64,000 nt of DNA from a virus. A model generated the notes under the pieces. The model was not told where the DNA came from. It made no database searches and saw nothing but the letters and a program-made list of their open reading frames with translations. Positions 58,801 to 64,000 of this stretch are shown here, in pieces (within the stretch, counting starts at the first letter, position 1; each line of letters starts with the position of its first letter). Both the position numbers and the translations under genes were made by a program. The stretch covers positions 1 through 64,000 of IMG/VR virus record IMGVR_UViG_3300010885_050982; one strand, given 5' to 3'.

Positions 58801-60326
58801 AGCGTCCAGTAACGATCGTCTTTGGGAAGACGTCAATCTTCTCGAATGCCGATGCGGACGTCCTGAAACTCGAGATACTGGGCGACGGTATTCGGGAATT
58901 GAACAAGCGGCTGAAGAAAGGATGCGAACACACAGAAACTCACCCGACGTACCAGCCGCATTGTACGGTCGCCTATCTCAAGCCGGGGAAAGGCCACTTC
59001 TGGGTCGGCGGCGAAATGTTCGATCAATTGAAGTTCGATGCTGATGAAGTACAGTTCTCGAATAAGCAGCGGGAAAAGACGCCGATCTATTTGGTTTCAG
59101 AATCGAAGGAAATCGACGGTCGGATAATTCGAGCGAAAGAGTTGTACGCCAAGCATAAACCAGCAGCAGGGCAATCTTCGTTCAACTGGGATGAATCAAG
59201 AGTCACAAGGGATGATGAAGGGAAATTTGAGCACTGGAACACCGGCGAAGTGTCGGCATCGGCGCGTCCGCTTATCGTCGATTTTGAACGACAAAATGAT
59301 CGAGTGGAATTCAAACCACCGTCGCAATGGACAGATTCCGATAAGAGAAAAGCGAAACGACTGATCGCAGGTGCAAAAGCGGCAATGGAAGATCCACATT
59401 CAACAGGTCCATCGCTGTCGCATCCGATCCATACCAAGGAGTCTGCCGAAAAAGCAATGTGGAAAGCGTTGGAGGTCAGGAATTTTGGGACAGCCATGAG
59501 CAATCGATACGACGGCGATGATGGCGGACTGGAGAGCCTTGGACGCAAAATGCTTCAAGCTGCCAAGGACGAGATGGAATATGGTTATGAGAAACGTCAG
59601 TTGGCGACACTGAAGAAGCCAAGGCAGAAAACAGGATTTGACCGGGAACTGGAAATCATGTTTGCAGCAGACAACTACTCAAGAGCCAAGCAGATCGTCG
59701 AAATCTACGGGAAGAAACCCGCAGGCGGACAACGGTCAATGTTTGACGAAGAGGATCATCCACGGGACCCGGCAAGCGGTGAGTTCGTCGAAAAGGATGG
59801 CGGCGCGGCCGCGAACGCATGGAAACCAGAGAATCACGTCAAAATCGCAGCCGATTCGATCGAGCGACTGCGCGGCGGAGACGTGTATCGGCTTCTCGAT
59901 TCGTCCCCGCCGGGAAACATGAATCAGATGGCTGAGTACATCCGTAAAAGCAGGCCGGACCTCGCCGGGCATGTTCAGGAAGCGACGGACGACATCAACG
60001 AAGATCGCGGAACGAAACCGCCAGAGCCGAAGCCAATGGAGCGTGTCGGCGTGCCAGGCATGCAAAAGAACCTGTTCGACGAAGAGCCGAGCGGACAAAA
60101 GCAGTTGTTCGACTACATCGCACCCAGCAAGAAAGACGTCAAGAAAGCGAAACAGGAAGACTTGCTTGCTGGCGTCAACTCTCGACTGAAGGAGCAACTT
60201 AAAAACAAGGAAACTCTGTCACCGGCGGACCTGCTCACGAACGTAACTCATGAGCCTCTCGCCGGGCAGCGTGATTTATTCACAAAGCGATTCGATATCG
60301 CTAAAGAACGGTTCAATCGGAAGTAA
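55863..60326 (+). CDS. Polyvalent protein with ~6 modules, including two ADP-ribosyltransferase-like domains and an Acb1-like 2H phosphoesterase
   Basis: VWHGTT..LVSP..HA.QY (ART-like); FKAWFGDSKVVD..YHGT..GFYFTD..GFDGI..QVKS..N.GTFD (ART-PolyVal-like); HIT..FG and PHCTVAY (2H). Confidence 0.85.
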   Translation: METTERIARAMERYSKEFESKHPRDQDGMFAEKIESTAAMADGAFNPSWSVRKHGRMDCLMPVNHDSKPFVAELQRISSSLYDLDKDDPEQKFAIDIENRIGQAVHEFTFRNVHTEYGNEKSAFGVTGTGSATEVVKNAAACLIKAIKLYSHALPVIYFTAAERSRIGLYSLLSKRAEKVTGYIGYRVDLGNSDHALFALVDPSKATEFESVIRRQNAKVERYQKWDESKHVRDEVGKFANKSSSGSISESDKVAMPFDPFPKTFKEMKNRDYVDVWHGTTLQRLEKIIESGKTKTGERGQFLVSPRFRHASQYPEFPGEDEDPIVVSIRVPVSNLLPDENDQPGISLEQSLFGNHFGLAADVDGGIDISQIRGVYGESVDDAWTVAETGRHVAESILKNKSNRLDPVESARIDYAENGTKSKAFKAWFGDSKVVDSDGEPQETHGTAKPVYHGTPHDFEAFDSSTQDWSCEVGKGFYFTDNEELARSEYSKGGKVIAAYLKIDKPLDLDKPISDSDRDAIMEAGKKKFNHVDWNAPSGLTGDGIHRWIDNQLGTAFVNDVIEAAGFDGITHIARNKLGGRDKKKMDDFGRVWIAFAPSQVKSTDNRGTFDPKDNRMAYSKRIANAIEMYSFDPSQPRDKSGQWTAYDIGHKSGMNGFVSKRERQKALRENGHDIADSKVMQEFNRGHSDAISQKQNEREQAKNLRLAPFIEAARKNWKPGDFDIDDSDTQAWEAKLKSIAEEDADNADNEMDAENEKQQQINRDMKKHLVSEEVTSRARKIVGDWAKDHGWEVSNEHSSRTNSHYCTLAKRNGDEEESFTVRVSDHHAPHGSGFNEAKQEYHEPSDVNIVPELPPYDDESDWKEFDVKSGPDWSRFTVDTTELDKMARGDATDRQSYSKRIQSVLERYSKKPGEKKEHKFSSTQIDVPPEIAEKIRKLAERIPDNQLADDGRETDFHITALFGLHTNDPDDVKEVLYGQRPVTIVFGKTSIFSNADADVLKLEILGDGIRELNKRLKKGCEHTETHPTYQPHCTVAYLKPGKGHFWVGGEMFDQLKFDADEVQFSNKQREKTPIYLVSESKEIDGRIIRAKELYAKHKPAAGQSSFNWDESRVTRDDEGKFEHWNTGEVSASARPLIVDFERQNDRVEFKPPSQWTDSDKRKAKRLIAGAKAAMEDPHSTGPSLSHPIHTKESAEKAMWKALEVRNFGTAMSNRYDGDDGGLESLGRKMLQAAKDEMEYGYEKRQLATLKKPRQKTGFDRELEIMFAADNYSRAKQIVEIYGKKPAGGQRSMFDEEDHPRDPASGEFVEKDGGAAANAWKPENHVKIAADSIERLRGGDVYRLLDSSPPGNMNQMAEYIRKSRPDLAGHVQEATDDINEDRGTKPPEPKPMERVGVPGMQKNLFDEEPSGQKQLFDYIAPSKKDVKKAKQEDLLAGVNSRLKEQLKNKETLSPADLLTNVTHEPLAGQRDLFTKRFDIAKERFNRK
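58620..59090 (+). other. 2H phosphoesterase domain (Acb1/T4 gp57B-like)
   Basis: Two HxT motifs at 58734 and 58959 with DGRE..H and Y.PH.T.AY..PG context. Confidence 0.75.
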
Positions 60327-60937
60327 AATACTTTTGGTGCAAAATACGCGGCAATCCATCCAAAATCATCACGCGATAACCTGGATCTCCCTGTCGCGCC
60401 AGTTCCGCGCAACGAGTTCGGCAGACAGCGAATTCTCCGTCGTTGCGTGTACTCGGAGCGTCTTCAACGGGGGTCCCCGCCGGAAATGTGCGATGGTACT
60501 CGGTCCCGTCTTCGTGGCGGTCAATGAAGACGAGGTTTTGGATCAGTTTTGGCATTCTCCATCCAGTAAAAAAGCGTCAGGAAGCTTCTCGATGCTCAAT
60601 GACGTCATTGATCGTCATCCAGTACAGTGAATTCGCGCGACATCCAGTATTCACGTACCAGACGGTCACCAATTCGATACGTGACAAAGTGTCCTTTGGT
60701 GGATTCGTAGTGGCCAAGATGGTAGCCGATTATTCCGGTCAGGTGCCTGCATCGAGTTCGCGTCATGTACAATTGGCAAGACGTTTCGTTGTACCTTGGG
60801 AATGGCGAGTCATCTGGAGAATCCGGTTGTTGCCGTGGCCAAACAGCCATCGCCCCGAAAACCAGACCGATGATGCATGCGTATGCACCGAAAGCGACAC
60901 GGGTGAAGGTTTTGATTTGCACATAATCCCTTTTCAT
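60313..60937 (-). other. Two small minus-strand ORFs (60313-60555; 60605-60937 with TM segment)
   Basis: ORFs convergent with the polyvalent cluster. Confidence 0.5.
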
Positions 60938-61014
60938 TCGTAGGTGGCGTTAGTCAGATGGCATCATTCGCTTCAACTTGAATGCGGCCATGAGTCGACG
61001 ACCGTGAAGTTTCG

Positions 61015-62787
61015 TCACGGCTTCACCTGTTTAACTTTCAGTGAATAAAGTTCGTTTCCACGGAAAAAATGAGTGTTTAACCCTTCCGCCGAAAGTGTCA
61101 TGTCTGTGGAAATCATAGGGTCGCTGAAAACGCTCAGCTTCGTTGGATCGTCAAGTCTCAGGCCCTCCAACAATCCGTCGCGGACGATTTGTGTGAACGT
61201 CCCCCGTCCGTTGACCGTGAAGTTCAATCCTTCGCTGGTGCAATTTCCGTCAGTGATCACGAGCTTTAATTCGTCGTTGTGACCGGCGAAATAAAGATAG
61301 CGAGAGTACACGCCTTTCTTCTCACTAAGAACCATCAGGGCGCCATTGTCGTACTTTGCGTCAACAATCTGACCGCCCTCGCAATCGATCAATCGCGTCA
61401 TCACGCACCGACCTGGAATCGGGAACGTTGAGCATCGCCACGAACCCAGCATGTTTTGAATAATGCATCCTGGGAATGCTCGGGTCGCGTTTGGCATGTC
61501 GACGACTTGGCCGACCTGTTTTGTGCGAACGGTAACAGTCCCGTCTCCACGAAGATCAATTAACTCGACCTCCAAGGCTTGTGAGTTGCTAATGGCAATC
61601 AGTCGACCGTCAGTTGTCGAGACCACAGAAGACGCATTGATGACAGTTCGGTCGAAGCTGTTCAGGCCAGAATCACGCAAGCAAAGGCGACCGGATTCGA
61701 CCCATGCCAGAATCGGATTGTCCTTGTTTGTGTAAGCGACGACGACATCCGCCGGAGAGACGCCTTTCGGGTAATCGTGAGCCTGATTGTCGATAAACCA
61801 TTTCTGTGTCGTCAGGATTGTCCGCTTCAGGTTCGGCTTGGATACCGAAATGATGTCCCCGACTGCGGTAAACAGGCGAACGATGTCAAACTTCGCACTG
61901 CTGTTCAGAACGTCCGTTTTTCGGACTGCTGCCACGATCTCGAAATCGACCGGCGGCGGCACTCGGACGTCAGACTCCAGTGTTGATTGAATCCAGCGAC
62001 GGAGCGCGGCTGGGATCGAATCCAGTGGATAGCAGGCCCGGTTGAGCGCGCATTCAGGCCGGAAGAAAGACACCCGATCTTGCATCATCGCTTCCATTCT
62101 CGGGCGACGATTGATTCCGTTGTCGATCGTCGCCTTCAGGAGTGACATGTATTTCGGATGGTCGCACTCGAACGGATGTTTTCCGATATACAGATTGGCG
62201 AGAAGGATTGCGTGGGCGTACCAGTCCGCGCCGCTGCCAGGCTTATTGAACGGGTCCTTGATGTTCAGCATGATCATCGTCGACGGAAACGATGGCGTCT
62301 GCCAATTGCCGGTGTCGATCGCGAAAACGGATTTGAAATCGTTCGAAAGCAACCAGTTGTTTTCGTTGTTGTCGACGATGAAGATATCGTGTTTATGAGC
62401 ATCCTCAACGATCAAATTCATGATCTTGGTGATGGCTGCAATCTTCCTTTCGTCCAGTCCGTGTTTTTTTCTAAACGTCATCGTGAAAAGGCTCGTCAGG
62501 ACCCACGGATCTTGAACGGCAAGCATCGTCTCGCCGACCCGCTTGGAAGACTTGTAAAGCAACCCATGTGGTTTAATGATTCCGGGATGCGTCAACACGG
62601 ACAACTCGGCACACTTGGCTTCGGGCATCACGCATTTTGGATCGTGATAAACTCCCAGCGCAAGCTGCCCTTTGACGTAGATTGATTTCTCGCCGCCGCG
62701 ACCCTTGAAATCTTTCGTCTCGTCAACGGAGAGTTCCGTTTTCGCTCCGGTCGCCAAATTCATTTCCGTGTATTTTGGCATTCTCAA
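61015..62787 (-). CDS. Ser/Thr protein kinase-like protein (TerY-P-type) with C-terminal extension
   Basis: GRGGE..IY, HPGII.P, IVDNNENN.LL, IDTGNWQ, DWYA.AIL...L..G.HPF. Confidence 0.8.
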   Translation of the reverse strand: MRMPKYTEMNLATGAKTELSVDETKDFKGRGGEKSIYVKGQLALGVYHDPKCVMPEAKCAELSVLTHPGIIKPHGLLYKSSKRVGETMLAVQDPWVLTSLFTMTFRKKHGLDERKIAAITKIMNLIVEDAHKHDIFIVDNNENNWLLSNDFKSVFAIDTGNWQTPSFPSTMIMLNIKDPFNKPGSGADWYAHAILLANLYIGKHPFECDHPKYMSLLKATIDNGINRRPRMEAMMQDRVSFFRPECALNRACYPLDSIPAALRRWIQSTLESDVRVPPPVDFEIVAAVRKTDVLNSSAKFDIVRLFTAVGDIISVSKPNLKRTILTTQKWFIDNQAHDYPKGVSPADVVVAYTNKDNPILAWVESGRLCLRDSGLNSFDRTVINASSVVSTTDGRLIAISNSQALEVELIDLRGDGTVTVRTKQVGQVVDMPNATRAFPGCIIQNMLGSWRCSTFPIPGRCVMTRLIDCEGGQIVDAKYDNGALMVLSEKKGVYSRYLYFAGHNDELKLVITDGNCTSEGLNFTVNGRGTFTQIVRDGLLEGLRLDDPTKLSVFSDPMISTDMTLSAEGLNTHFFRGNELYSLKVKQVKP

Positions 62788-62793
62788 TCTTCC

Positions 62794-63165
62794 TCATGTG
62801 TATAATTCTACCGCCCAGCGTTGACGCAAATACAACTCGTCCGCCAGCTCGTCGACAGAATCGTGATCTATCCAAAGCTGGTACTTCAGTACCAGCAAAA
62901 ACTTCTGGTAAACTTCGGGGCACATCGTGAAACTACCATCTTCGTGATGCCCGACTGGATGATCAACGAGCGGAACGATTGGCTGTTTTGGCTCAGCGAC
63001 AGCGGGAACAGCATAAAGCCCGCGAGACTCTGCTCGTTCAGTTGCGATCAGTTGACTCAATGCAGATTTGCAATCAGCACAATCCGGGTCGAGTCTCGGC
63101 GTGTGCGCATGGCAACTACCGGCACGATTCAAATAAGCAATTCTGGTTTCTTCCACGATTCTCAC
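62794..63165 (-). CDS. Hypothetical protein between phosphatase and kinase
   Basis: 123-aa ORF; GTGA overlap with the PP2C stop. Confidence 0.5.
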   Translation of the reverse strand: MRIVEETRIAYLNRAGSCHAHTPRLDPDCADCKSALSQLIATERAESRGLYAVPAVAEPKQPIVPLVDHPVGHHEDGSFTMCPEVYQKFLLVLKYQLWIDHDSVDELADELYLRQRWAVELYT

Positions 63166-63998
63166 TCCACGTAAATCGCCGCCATTGAAAAGTCGTCGGT
63201 ATGAACAATCCCCTGTTCGGCATATTCCCGCAAAACCATTCGAGCCTTACGGTACACGAACTCGCCTCTCAATCCCTTGATGTCGAGAAAAGGCTTGATT
63301 GCGTCAATCACCGGTAAAGAAGTCGGCTGGTCCCCTGGAGTCTTCTTGACGAAGCTTCCGATGCCGTCCGAGAACATTGCAACCATGTCGCATCTTTCGA
63401 TAGGCACCCACCCTCTGATGCAGGGGATAAGTACAGGGCTGTGTCCGTGCTTAACCCTCCACTCGCTTTCGATGGAAAAGTCAGGTCGCAGGTTGTATTT
63501 TGTCGAGAAGACACCTTTCGAGCTATCCGCGAACCACTTTTCGCGGTCGCTTTTGTTAAGCTCGTAGCGCAAGTAGTATGGCGATCCTGAATCGTAATTA
63601 ACGCTGTCGACGCTCCAAGCCTTGGATTCCCGCAGCCTGAATGCGACAACACCATCGCCAACCATGAACCAACGGATGGCATCTTCGTCGATGTGACAAA
63701 AAAGAAGAGTAGCCGAAAGCGAATTGAGGCCGATTCTTGTTGCGTCGGCCATCGAAGACGCCAGCCACGCGATCTGAGTTAGCGTTGGGCTTTCGCCAAA
63801 TAAACTATCGTAGTCGCCACAAAATCGCTGCTGAGTGGCGAGTGCCAAGAACCGGCTGCCGAAGTCCGTCCGAGCGGAGATCGGCTCACCGGCGCTGTTC
63901 AGGCAAAGCGAGCAGCCGTCCGAAAGAACGGCATGGCACCTGTTCGCCGCCAACGTCGACCCAGATGAGTCCGCATAGTCTTCGCAAACTTTGTGCGA
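63162..63998 (-). CDS. PP2C-family protein phosphatase (5' end beyond the window)
   Basis: SHKVCEDYA, AVLSDGCS, VGDG, MFSDG and DDFS motifs; frame open to the window edge. Confidence 0.85.
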   Translation of the reverse strand, partial: SHKVCEDYADSSGSTLAANRCHAVLSDGCSLCLNSAGEPISARTDFGSRFLALATQQRFCGDYDSLFGESPTLTQIAWLASSMADATRIGLNSLSATLLFCHIDEDAIRWFMVGDGVVAFRLRESKAWSVDSVNYDSGSPYYLRYELNKSDREKWFADSSKGVFSTKYNLRPDFSIESEWRVKHGHSPVLIPCIRGWVPIERCDMVAMFSDGIGSFVKKTPGDQPTSLPVIDAIKPFLDIKGLRGEFVYRKARMVLREYAEQGIVHTDDFSMAAIYVE

Positions 63999-64000
63999 CG

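Noticed and set aside
1-64000. Integrase, att sites, transposase, rRNA or host housekeeping flank
   Set aside because: None recognised, so prophage versus free phage cannot be decided from this window

Overview
This 64 kb window looks like a segment of a large tailed-phage genome (or prophage). The host is probably a Planctomycete, inferred from a Planctomycete-style RimI, an ECF sigma factor and a secreted thioredoxin-fold protein. From left to right it holds: membrane/lysis-type and virion accessory genes (papain-like peptidase, LamG protein, Gly/Ser/Val-repeat fibre protein); an ECF sigma factor; the small terminase, a Dam-type methylase and the large terminase; many small accessory genes; a DUF935-like portal; a ~24 kb cluster of large 'polyvalent' proteins; and, on the minus strand, a TerY-P-like kinase/PP2C pair. 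Main observations: (1) Six portal-linked polyproteins are assembled from modules that each open with a shared leader grammar, (Y-S-K/R)-R-I-x-x-A-x-E-R-Y, then an optional G-Q-x-[S/D]-L-F, then either a W-I-T-x..G-T-H-V-x-I-D..G-x-I-x-K-G-P box or a [W/F]-D-E-x-x-H-P-R-D-x-x-G-x-F box. Their cargo includes an N6-adenine methyltransferase plus Strawberry-notch helicase, a zeta-toxin-like kinase, ParB-like domains, a RelA/SpoT-like domain, two ADP-ribosyltransferase-like domains and an Acb1-like 2H phosphoesterase. This suggests a capsid-loaded, proteolytically processed effector arsenal. (2) The terminase intein carries its HNH endonuclease in a different reading frame with its own RBS. (3) Small out-of-frame genes are nested in polyprotein linkers. 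(4) A TGATCC-N15/16-CGT promoter motif occurs at 13 sites. (5) A 21-bp palindrome recurs at four gene ends. All family assignments come from motif recognition by eye, not database searches.
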